From: Lentisphaerota bacterium
GTDB lineage: Bacteria; Verrucomicrobiota; Kiritimatiellia; JAAZAB01
DNA length: 64,000 bases
Direction of reading: 5' to 3'
Assembly (NCBI GenBank): GCA_016188985.1
Contig: JACPGM010000053.1
Span: forward strand, 4,290-68,289
Numbering within the stretch: the stretch's first letter is position 1; each line of letters begins with the position of its first letter. The notes under the pieces were generated by a model that was not told the DNA's origin, did no database searches, and saw only the letters and a list, made by a program, of their open reading frames with translations. Shown in pieces: positions 56,335-64,000 of the stretch. A program made the translations under genes and the position numbers.

Positions 56335-56600
56335 AGTCTTGTCTTACCAAGGACTTCCGCATCTGTTTTGCTGAACTTCCGGATCGCGTCCAGCGCCTTG
56401 CGCGAGAGAACTACAGGCTATGGAAATGCAATCCCTATCATCCGAGTCTTTCTTTCAAACGGGTCGGCAGGCGATATCCGACATACTCCGTTAGAATCGG
56501 TCTTGGCTGGCGGGCACTTGGTTTCCGAGAGAATGACACACTCGTTTGGTTTTGGATCGGCTCTCATGCCGATTACGAGCGACGGATTCAAAAACTCTGA
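56331..56600 (+). CDS. RelE/ParE-superfamily toxin
   Basis: 89 aa; C-terminal …YSVRIGLGWRALGFRENDTLVWFWIGSHADY… parallels the RelE/ParE beta-sheet motif (YRLRVGDYRVIYRIDDE…VGHRKDVY). Confidence 0.55.
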   Translation: MKSCLTKDFRICFAELPDRVQRLARENYRLWKCNPYHPSLSFKRVGRRYPTYSVRIGLGWRALGFRENDTLVWFWIGSHADYERRIQKL

Positions 56601-56924
56601 GAATCATCGAACAAAGCGGCGGAAGCTATCGCCCCGCAAGGCGGGGCTCAGCCTCAACGCTGACGTCGGTTAACGATGTGCTGATGAAAAAGTTAAGGCA
56701 GTTGTAAAATTCAGGCATGGTTCAAAACCCCGTGGTTTCAGGTTCCGCCGGAGGCGGATCTGCCTCAGGCATGAAACAATTCTCGCATGGAGATGGAGGG
56801 CGGACCTCCGTGTCCGCCGCGGCGATGACGGAGCATCGCCCTCCATGACGCATGCAGTCCGATACCTTGAATTGAACCAAGCTAAAATTCATAACGGAAC
56901 AACCGATAGGCAAGGAGGTGTGAT

Positions 56925-57815
56925 ATGCCGATTACTGTGTTGATCGTGGTAGCTATATTCGTATTTCTGTTCGGGATCAGAATCGTCCGGCCGACGCATC
57001 GCGGACTGATTGAACGCTTGGGCCGCTACCGCAGATTTGCGAATCCGGGATTCCACTGGATTATTCCGGTAATAGACCGGATGTACCAGGTGAATATTAC
57101 CGAGCAGATGTTCGACGCGGAGCCGCAGGAGATCATCACCAATGACAACCTGAACGCCAAGGTTGACGCGCAAGTCTATTTCAAAGTCAGGGATGACGAG
57201 GAAAGCGTCAAGAGTTCGCAGTATAACGTGAACAATTACGCTTACCAGATTGTGAACCTGGCGCGGACCACGCTCAGGAACATCATTGGCACGCTCACCT
57301 TGAAATCGGCCAATAGCGAACGGGGTAGAATTAATGTTGAACTGCACAAGACGCTGAGCGAGGAAAGCGGACATTGGGGCATAGAGATCGTGAGGACCGA
57401 ACTGAAGGAGATTGATCCCCCGCGCGACGTGCAGGAGACAATGAATAAAGTTGTCAAAGCGGAGAATGAAAAGGTGGCGGCAATTGATTTTGCCACAGCC
57501 GCAGAGACGGTGGCTGACGGCGAAAGACGGGCGCAGATCAAGAAAGCGGAGGGCTTCAAGCAATCCAAGATTCTCGCCGCGCAAGGCGAGGCCGAGGCGA
57601 TCCGGCTCGTGAACGAAGCTGCCGAAAAATATTTTGTCGGCAACGCCCAGCTTCTCAGAAAACTGCAGGCGGTAGAAAATGCCCTGGAAGACAACGCCAA
57701 GATCGTAATTCCAGCAGGCACCGAGCTGGTCAATGTGATTGGGGAAATGGCCGGGGTGTTGCCGCTTAGTCGGGAAAAGGCAAAGCAAGCTTTAAGCAGC
57801 GGTTCACATGAATAA
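56925..57815 (+). CDS. SPFH/band-7 (stomatin/prohibitin-like) membrane protein
   Basis: N-terminal TM helix, then …FGIRIVRPTHRGLIERLGRYRRFANPGFHWIIPVID… SPFH core and C-terminal coiled-coil Ala/Glu-rich region. Confidence 0.85.
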   Translation: MPITVLIVVAIFVFLFGIRIVRPTHRGLIERLGRYRRFANPGFHWIIPVIDRMYQVNITEQMFDAEPQEIITNDNLNAKVDAQVYFKVRDDEESVKSSQYNVNNYAYQIVNLARTTLRNIIGTLTLKSANSERGRINVELHKTLSEESGHWGIEIVRTELKEIDPPRDVQETMNKVVKAENEKVAAIDFATAAETVADGERRAQIKKAEGFKQSKILAAQGEAEAIRLVNEAAEKYFVGNAQLLRKLQAVENALEDNAKIVIPAGTELVNVIGEMAGVLPLSREKAKQALSSGSHE

Positions 57816-58662
57816 TCCCTACCAGCAATTTGTGGCCGGCTATGCGCGCTTGGTGAGCGAACAGTACCCGATGGGTAAAGCCGGTCCCGGCCGGCGCGTG
57901 ATCATTGCGCGCGATGCTCCGCAAGTCCTGCTGTTTTCGCCGCATCCGGATGATGAATGCATTACCGGGGCCTTGCCCCTGCGGCTTGAGCGCGAACGCA
58001 AGATGAATGTGATTAATGTGGTCGTGACCCAGGGTAGCCGCCACGACCGGCAGGCCGAACGCCTGGCGGAATTGCGCCAGGCCTGTGATTACCTGGGCTT
58101 TGGCGTGCTGCCGACGGCCAAACATGGCCTGGAAAAAATCAACCCGGCCAACCGGGAGCAGAACCCCGCCGCCTGGGCCGAGGCCGTGGCCGTAATCGCC
58201 GGGATTTTACGGCAGAGGCAGCCGCGCCTGATTTTTGTGCCCCATGAAAAGGATTGGAACACCACGCACATCGGCACGCATTACCTGGTCAACGACGCGC
58301 TCAAAATCATGCCGATCAGTTTCTGTTGCGGCGTGGTCGAAACCGAATTCTGGGCGCCCATGCTCAATCCCAACCTCATGATCGAATCCAGCGTGGCCGA
58401 TGTGACCGACCTGGTCACGGCCCTCTCGTTCCATGTGGGCGAAGTCAGCCGTAACCCGTATCATTTGCGCCTGCCGGCCTGGCTGCAGGATAATGTCCGC
58501 CGGGGCGGCGAGCTGGTTGGCGGGCAGGGGACCGTGGCGCCAACCTTTGTCTTTGCCACGCTCTACCGCTTCCGAGTCTGGGCCCGCGGCAAATACAAGA
58601 AGGCGGCCGCACCGGGCAAATTCATTTCATGCAACGATAGGCTGGGGGATATCTTCGGCTAA
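57808..58662 (+). CDS. PIG-L/LmbE-family deacetylase
   Basis: …LLFSPHPDDECITGA… zinc-binding PIG-L signature. 8-nt overlap with the SPFH gene. Confidence 0.8.
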   Translation: MNNPYQQFVAGYARLVSEQYPMGKAGPGRRVIIARDAPQVLLFSPHPDDECITGALPLRLERERKMNVINVVVTQGSRHDRQAERLAELRQACDYLGFGVLPTAKHGLEKINPANREQNPAAWAEAVAVIAGILRQRQPRLIFVPHEKDWNTTHIGTHYLVNDALKIMPISFCCGVVETEFWAPMLNPNLMIESSVADVTDLVTALSFHVGEVSRNPYHLRLPAWLQDNVRRGGELVGGQGTVAPTFVFATLYRFRVWARGKYKKAAAPGKFISCNDRLGDIFG

Positions 58663-58939
58663 GTGCTCAGATTCGTAAATATTATGACGAATGATTGTGT
58701 CCATTTTTGCGCAGGGCCAGGCGGCGAAAGCGGAGGCGTACCTGAAAGGTCCGTGCGGCTTTCGCCAACGCCGCCCGGCCCAAAAATGGGCCCAACCCGC
58801 TTGGGCGCAACCTCTTTTGCCGTTGCGCCGTGTTCCACGCGAAGGGAAAATACCTTCCAGGTATTCCACCTTCGCGTGCGCCTTGCGCAATCGGCAAAAT
58901 AGGTTGCGTCATTGTCATAATATTTATGAAACTGAGCAC
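58663..58939. mobile_element. MITE family E, full copy (277 bp, ~28-bp terminal inverted repeats)
   Basis: Left end gtgctcagattcgtaaatattatgacgaatg…; right end …cattgtcataatatttatgaaactgagcac (reverse complement of left end). Internal hairpins; begins directly after the PIG-L stop codon. ORF-track ORFs inside are rejected. Confidence 0.65.
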
Positions 58940-58949
58940 CAAGCAACGC

Positions 58950-59564
58950 TCACGGCTCGTCGGCCAGCGTCAAAGGACGATACAGCCGGTCGTTGATTTC
59001 TTCCAGATCGCTGAAACTGTCCCCATCCGAATCTTTCCGCAGCGGATTGGTCTTCCAGGTGGCAAGCTCCTGGTAATCGCCTACGCCATCGCCATCCGCA
59101 TCCGGCATCACGTTCACCAGCACCTTCAGTTCGCCGCTCACGCCCAGCGGCAGCGAAAAATTGTTGCGGAACTTCAGCTCGCCGGATCGGCCGGCCACCA
59201 CGTTGGTAGCCTGGCCAATGAAATAGACCATATTGGTTTGGTCGCCCAGCCGCATCAGGAGCCCGTAGGCCGGCGCGGCGACCCCCAAGTGGGTTTTGAG
59301 TATGTCCGGGTTGCCGTCAGCGGTGAATTTGGCAAAGGCGTCGCTCCAGTTGCCGGCGGCGTCACAGTGAATAACGTCGCCCTGCCGGGCAAAAATCCCG
59401 CTGGCTTGCCAGAGCTCATTGGCCTGGATGGTGAGCAGGTGGTCTGGCGGTCGGTCCGGATTTGCTTGCGGCGTAGCGCACCCGGCGATGGCCAGCGCCA
59501 GCAGGAGGCAGAAGCAGATTTCCTCTCCCTGGGGAGCAATTTTGTTTTTTAATTCTGGACGCAT
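58950..59564 (-). CDS. lipoprotein with Asp-rich calcium-binding-type repeats
   Basis: Signal peptide + lipobox (…LLLALAIAGC), C-terminal DADGDGVGDYQE / DSDGDSFSDLEE (thrombospondin-type-3/dockerin-like Ca-binding loops). Confidence 0.5.
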   Translation of the reverse strand: MRPELKNKIAPQGEEICFCLLLALAIAGCATPQANPDRPPDHLLTIQANELWQASGIFARQGDVIHCDAAGNWSDAFAKFTADGNPDILKTHLGVAAPAYGLLMRLGDQTNMVYFIGQATNVVAGRSGELKFRNNFSLPLGVSGELKVLVNVMPDADGDGVGDYQELATWKTNPLRKDSDGDSFSDLEEINDRLYRPLTLADEP

Positions 59565-59787
59565 GTTTATCCAGCAGGAGGTATAAACAGATTCCCTCTC
59601 CTTGGGGAGAGGGCAGGGTGATGGGAATTATCCATTCAGGGGTATCTCCTTGACTGGACTACACCCCATATGTTGTGGTGCACGGCCGCTGTCATTCCGA
59701 GCGGAGCGAAGCGGAGTCGAGGAATCTCAAGGGTTGTTAATGCGCATGAGATCCCTCGACAAGCTCGGGATGACGCCTTATTATCCA

Positions 59788-60864
59788 TTACCCGTTCTTC
59801 CGCTCAAATTCCTTCATAAAGGCTGCCAGCGTTTGCACGCCTTCCAGGGGGAAGGCGTTGTAAATTGAAGCCCGAATGCCGCTTACCGAGCGGTGCCCTT
59901 TCAGGCCTTTCAGGCCTGCTTTGGACGCTTCCTTGACGAAGGTTTCTTCGAGAGCTTCACTGGGCAACCGGAAGGTGATGTTCATATCGGAGCGGCATTC
60001 CGGCCGGGCGGTCCCCTTGTAAAAGCCGCCGCCATCCAGCAGCGCATAGATCAGCGCCGCCTTTTCCCGGTTCTGGCGATGCAGAGTGCTCAGACCTTTT
60101 TTAAGGATCCAACGCGAGACCAGCATCATGAGGTAAATGCTGAAACAAGGCGGCGTGTTGTAAAGCGAATTTTCCTCAATAAAGGTTTGGTAGCGCAGGA
60201 TGGCCGGCAGAGAGGCCGGCGCGCGTTCCGCCAAATCCTTACGAATAACGACCAGGGCAATGCCCGAGGGCCCCAGGTTCTTTTGCGCGCCGGCATAGAT
60301 CAGGCCGAATTGGTTGAGGTCGAAAGGGCGCGAGAGAATATCCGATGACATGTCCGCCACCAGCGGGGCGTCGGTCAAGGGAAATGTCTTCCACTGCGCG
60401 CCGGAAATCGTTTCGTTCGAGGTAAGATGCACGTAGGCCGCGCCCGGAGTCAGCTTGAGTTCGTTCAAGGCCGGGACGCGTGTGGGGATTTCCTGGCTGC
60501 AATCAGCGGCCACATGCACTTTGCCGATATGAGCGGCTTCCTTGAGCGCTTTGCTGGCCCAGGCGCCGGAATTGATGTAGTCGGCTACCTGGCCGGGGCC
60601 CAGCAAATTCAACGGCGCCATGGCGAACTGCATACTGGCCCCGCCGGCCACGAAGAGGACGGCATAGTCGTCAGAACAACCCAGCAACTGCCGGTAGTTA
60701 GCCACGGCCTCGGTATGGACCTGGTCGTATTCCTTCCCGCGGTGCGAGCTTTCCAGGATGGACATGCCGGAGCCTTTAAAATCCAGCAATTCGCTTTGGG
60801 CTTCCTGCAACACTTCCAGGGGCAATACCGCCGGCCCCGCATTGAAATTATATACGCGCGCCAT
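59788..60864 (-). CDS. serC: phosphoserine aminotransferase
   Basis: MARVYNFNAGPAVLPLEVLQEAQSELLDFKGSGMSILESSHRGKEY… canonical SerC N-terminus; PLP-lysine region. Confidence 0.9.
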   Translation of the reverse strand: MARVYNFNAGPAVLPLEVLQEAQSELLDFKGSGMSILESSHRGKEYDQVHTEAVANYRQLLGCSDDYAVLFVAGGASMQFAMAPLNLLGPGQVADYINSGAWASKALKEAAHIGKVHVAADCSQEIPTRVPALNELKLTPGAAYVHLTSNETISGAQWKTFPLTDAPLVADMSSDILSRPFDLNQFGLIYAGAQKNLGPSGIALVVIRKDLAERAPASLPAILRYQTFIEENSLYNTPPCFSIYLMMLVSRWILKKGLSTLHRQNREKAALIYALLDGGGFYKGTARPECRSDMNITFRLPSEALEETFVKEASKAGLKGLKGHRSVSGIRASIYNAFPLEGVQTLAAFMKEFERKNG

Positions 60865-60978
60865 GGTATCTCCTTTCGTTGGAATTGGTGAGGCAAGAAT
60901 ATATCGGGTTGCCGCGCCGCCATCCAGTTTTTTGTGGCCTAAAGAGTAATGGGTCAGTTATGAGGTGGTCGCGCAAAG

Positions 60979-61060
60979 GTAGGGACGGCTCGCCGAGCCG
61001 TCCGCGGCGCGTTCGGCGAACGCGCCCTACCTCTTGCCCCCACAAGACTGAGGCCATACC
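60979..61060. repeat. REP-like repeat family C, inverted copy of 25003-25070
   Basis: ggtagggacggctcgccgagccgtccgcggcgcgttcggcgaacgcgccctacctcttgccc + cccacaagactgaggcc. Confidence 0.6.
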
Positions 61061-61074
61061 CTAAAGATATTTGC

Positions 61075-62439
61075 TCAACCCGGCCGCACACACGGTTGCG
61101 GAGAGGCAACCCAACCGGCCGGCCTCTGATTTGCCCCGTCACGACCCAAATCACCCAGGTCCGCTCGGGCACGCCCGGCAAGCGCCAGCAATCTTGCGAC
61201 AACCTCAGGATATTGGGCGGATACTTCGCGCGTTTCCGAAATATCGTCCCGCAAGTTATACAGTTCGGCGGCGGCGCCGGAGCAGCCTTTTGTCTCGGCT
61301 TGCAGATTGCGCAGCTTCCGATCGAGCGCAAGATAGAGCTTCCATGGACCGGAGCGCACGGCCTGCAACTGGTGCATGTAATAATAAAAAAAACCGCAAT
61401 CGTCATACGGCGATGCCACAACCGTGTTTCCCTGGAGAATCGGTCTGATATCGTGGCCGTCAATAATACGGTCCGCGGGAGTATCCGCTCCGGCCAGGCG
61501 GGCAACCGTCGGCAATACATCCATCATGGTTACGATTCGGTCGTCAATGACGTTGGCGGGAACACGGCCGGGCCAACGCGCAATGCACGGCACGCGCTGG
61601 CCGCCTTCGGACGTGTCATAGCCCCACCCGCGCAAAGGCGCGTTGCTGCCTTGCGGGGGATCCCAGCGGACGGCGCCGTTATCCGAGGTCCACAAGACGA
61701 GCGTTTTTTCGTCGAGATCGAGTTCCGCCAGAGTTTGCATGATCTGGCCGCACGACCAGTCAAGTTCCTCCACGGCGTCGCCGTAGGGGCCGTTGGCGGA
61801 CCGCCCCTGAAAAGCGGGAGAGGCGAAAGGCCGCTCCGTGCTGCCCGGCATGGCCTGCGCCAAATAAAGGAAGAAGGGACGGTCGGCGTTCTCCCGTATG
61901 AAGCTGATGGCTTCCTCAGTGTAGCGCCTGGTAAGCGTGTCGCGCTCGGCCGGCGCCTCGACCACCTTTTCGCCGCGCATCAGGGGCAGCGGCGGCCGGT
62001 CCGGTGCAAACGCGGTGGGAACCATGTCCTCGCTGTAGGGACAACCGAAAAACCGATCGAAACCATGGCGCGTCGGCAGAAACGGAAGTTGGTCGCCGAG
62101 ATGCCACTTGCCGATGCACGCCGTGGCGTAACCCTTGGCCTTCAACAGCCGCGCCAGGGTAATCTCGCCTGGATTCAGGCCCTTCGGATCAATGGGCATG
62201 AGCACGGCCTGGCCGCGCCCGGCAACGTGCATATTGATGCGCCGCGGGTAACATCCGGTCATCAGACTCGCGCGGGAGGGCGTGCACACGCCGCTCGTGC
62301 TGTAAAAACTGGTGAAGCGCAGGCCTTGCCGGGCCAGGCCATCAACCTGCGGCGTGCGGTGCTGCCGCGATCCATAGCATCCCAGGTCTCCATAACCCAG
62401 GTTGTCCATCAACATTATAATGACATTGGGTTGATTCAT
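61075..62439 (-). CDS. sulfatase (arylsulfatase family)
   Basis: CTPSRASLMTG formylglycine motif after VIIMLMDNLGYGDLGCYG; 454 aa. Confidence 0.85.
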   Translation of the reverse strand: MNQPNVIIMLMDNLGYGDLGCYGSRQHRTPQVDGLARQGLRFTSFYSTSGVCTPSRASLMTGCYPRRINMHVAGRGQAVLMPIDPKGLNPGEITLARLLKAKGYATACIGKWHLGDQLPFLPTRHGFDRFFGCPYSEDMVPTAFAPDRPPLPLMRGEKVVEAPAERDTLTRRYTEEAISFIRENADRPFFLYLAQAMPGSTERPFASPAFQGRSANGPYGDAVEELDWSCGQIMQTLAELDLDEKTLVLWTSDNGAVRWDPPQGSNAPLRGWGYDTSEGGQRVPCIARWPGRVPANVIDDRIVTMMDVLPTVARLAGADTPADRIIDGHDIRPILQGNTVVASPYDDCGFFYYYMHQLQAVRSGPWKLYLALDRKLRNLQAETKGCSGAAAELYNLRDDISETREVSAQYPEVVARLLALAGRARADLGDLGRDGANQRPAGWVASPQPCVRPG

Positions 62440-62966
62440 GTTCTCCTGACGGCAGGTTCGTGCGTCTTTTTTAGCATTTCGTTTTTTTCCCAGGGGAAGA
62501 CCAGCCAGATATTGGCGGCGGCCGCGCGGGCGTAAAAGTCTGGCGGGCCGCCGCGGCCACGTTTGTAATAGAGCGTGGCGGTCTTCAGGGTGCGTGGTTT
62601 CCGGCGCTTGAGCCGCCGGACTATTTCTTGCAAAGTCTGGCCGGAGTCGTGGACGTCGTCAACCAGCAACACGTTCTTGTGGTTTAGGGAATACCGGAAA
62701 GGTTCGATCTGCACGCGGGCAAGTTGGCGAACGCCCTCTTGCCGGGGCGTAGCGCTTCCGCCTTCGCGGAGCCTGGCATAGGCCTTGGCGCGCAGGGGAT
62801 AGATGTTAATTGCGCCGAAAAAATCGGCGAGCAGCCGCGCCGGCACCAACCCGCCCTGTAGGACCGCCACGACACAATCCGGTTGGAACCGCGCGGCGCG
62901 AACCGCCCGAGCTACCTTGGCCACACAGGCTTCAATTTCGCGCCAGGAGATGTTCCGGTATTTCAT
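62436..62966 (-). CDS. xanthine/guanine phosphoribosyltransferase-like PRTase
   Basis: PRPP-binding motif LLVDDVHDSGQT, Gpt-like layout (…VLQGGLVPARLLADFFG… and …WLVFPWE…). 4-nt overlap with the sulfatase gene. Confidence 0.6.
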   Translation of the reverse strand: MKYRNISWREIEACVAKVARAVRAARFQPDCVVAVLQGGLVPARLLADFFGAINIYPLRAKAYARLREGGSATPRQEGVRQLARVQIEPFRYSLNHKNVLLVDDVHDSGQTLQEIVRRLKRRKPRTLKTATLYYKRGRGGPPDFYARAAAANIWLVFPWEKNEMLKKTHEPAVRRT

Positions 62967-63082
62967 AGCGGGTTTTTATCCAACGTGGGCTCCGCCCGCA
63001 ACCCAAATAAAACAATAAAACAAACCTTACCACGGAGACACGGAGAGAAAAATTCTCCTCCCAGGTTCTCTTCCAACCAATC

Positions 63083-63133
63083 GGTGCGCGCATCCCGAGG
63101 CGCGCTTACGCGCGCTCGGGATGCGCGCACCGC
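63083..63133. repeat. long near-perfect palindrome (~50 bp hairpin)
   Basis: cggtgcgcgcatcccgaggcgcgcttacgcgcgctcgggatgcgcgcaccg. Confidence 0.5.
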
Positions 63134-63438
63134 TCCTGTGGGGAGCCGGAAGAGATTAAGAAGACGGAGTCATTCTCCGTCCCTCCGTGCCTCCGTGGTG
63201 AATCCTCTCTTGCTTTACATCTTCTTGTTTTTTACCGCGGTTCCTGATGTATCAGGCTCTAAAGTAGTGCGATGTCCGCAACCGAAAAATTTTCGCCATG
63301 CGCGGATCCGCACAGGCGGACCCCCGCGCAGCGCGGGATGACAGGGATGACCTGGGATACGAATGGTCAAGGCATTGACAATTGTCCGGCGACCGTCAAC
63401 AATCAGTGCTATCAGTGCCATCCGTGGCAGGTAATTAC

Positions 63439-64000
63439 ATGATTTTAATGATCAGCATGCTGAACCGTAAGAGCTACGACCAGCGGGATGGCCCCGCCAA
63501 GCTTAAATGCCGGCTGGAACGCCTGAGCGGTCGGCCGGTTCGGATAATGCATTATGCCGCGGCCAACCCTGCCTCGGTCAAGGCCGCGGAACCTAAAGCC
63601 ATCTTTATCACCGGCTCGCCGGATCCTTGGCCGAGCGTGCGCGTGAAAGATTTATATGGGCTGGACGACCTGTTGCATTCCACCACTATACCAGTCCTGG
63701 CCGTTTGCCAGGGCCACCAGTTGATCGGCCACTGTTTCAATCGGGATTTAAGAAAAGCGCGCCTCTTGCCGGATGAGCCCATGCGCCGCCTGCGGCCGGG
63801 TGAGCCGGATACCGGCGCGGTTTATGGGCATCAGGGCTATTACTATGCCGAGACCTTCGTCGAGGTAAAGATTTTGCGCCGGGACCCGATCCTGGCGGGA
63901 TTACCGCGGCGCACTGTGGTCCGCGCCGATCATTGGTGTGAGATCAAGAAGCTGCCGCCGGGCTTTATCCATCTGGCCCGGAGCGCCGAGTGCAAGTGTG
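63439..64000 (+). CDS. class I glutamine amidotransferase-like protein (3' partial, runs off window)
   Basis: Not in the ORF track (no stop within the window). Open frame from ATG 63439 with nucleophile elbow …IPVLAVCQGHQLIG… and …FITGSPDPW… typical of GATase1 family. Confidence 0.5.
   Translation, partial: MILMISMLNRKSYDQRDGPAKLKCRLERLSGRPVRIMHYAAANPASVKAAEPKAIFITGSPDPWPSVRVKDLYGLDDLLHSTTIPVLAVCQGHQLIGHCFNRDLRKARLLPDEPMRRLRPGEPDTGAVYGHQGYYYAETFVEVKILRRDPILAGLPRRTVVRADHWCEIKKLPPGFIHLARSAECKC

Noticed and set aside
58682-58996. Several 80-100-aa ORFs on both strands (58663..58902, 58682..58942, 58691..58996, 45206..45421)
   Set aside because: They lie inside the TIR-bounded MITE family E copies, and their translations differ between copies (indels), so they are not coding.
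59893-60891. 151/154-aa ORFs on + strand
   Set aside because: Antisense to serC.
61096-62535. 479-aa ORF on + strand
   Set aside because: Antisense to the sulfatase and PRT genes. The sulfatase frame carries the C-x-P-S-R signature, so the opposite strand is rejected.

Overview
This window is a high-GC (~60%) bacterial chromosomal segment that looks PVC-like (Verrucomicrobia/Planctomycetes), judging from multiple sulfatases, glycoside hydrolases and prepilin/PilX-type proteins.

The backbone is housekeeping genes: an Opp/Dpp-type ABC transporter, leuS, ilvD, an IHF/HU gene, hisS, aspS, accA, accD, folC, serC, rnc-xerD, a gpt-like PRT and a tRNA-Leu(CAA). Lower-GC accessory islands are inserted between them:

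(i) A defense-like island at ~29.3-36.1 kb between hisS and aspS. It contains a four-helix-bundle gene flanked by ~35-bp direct repeats, a VapB/VapC-like pair, an AlbA_2 (Schlafen-core-like)+HATPase_c_4 protein, an adjacent DUF2075 (Schlafen-helicase-like) protein with an N-terminal PD-(D/E)xK nuclease motif, and an orphan AbiEi antitoxin.

(ii) A putative GATC-type type II restriction-modification locus at ~49.0-51.7 kb: a DUF4145 zinc-ribbon protein, a Dam-family methylase, a C-protein and a candidate endonuclease.

(iii) A pilus-like cluster at 18.8-22.6 kb: two prepilin-type proteins plus two tandem PilX-N-like paralogs.

(iv) A RelE/ParE-like TA pair at 56.1-56.6 kb.

The intergenic regions are unusually rich in at least six families of short palindromic/TIR-bearing repeats (REP/MITE-like). 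One family is a ~250-bp element that starts with a terminator-like hairpin directly after the 3' end of two unrelated genes. Another interrupts a partial duplication of the tRNA-Leu 3' half.

Other notable architectures: MscL with a C-terminal zinc ribbon; an LMW-PTP/ArsC-like domain fused to a xylose-isomerase-like TIM barrel; an aldo-keto reductase fused to a 2x[4Fe-4S] ferredoxin domain; and DUF1015 followed by two URO-D-family paralogs.

No CRISPR array and no rRNA were seen. Many long ORFs antisense to real genes are high-GC artefacts.
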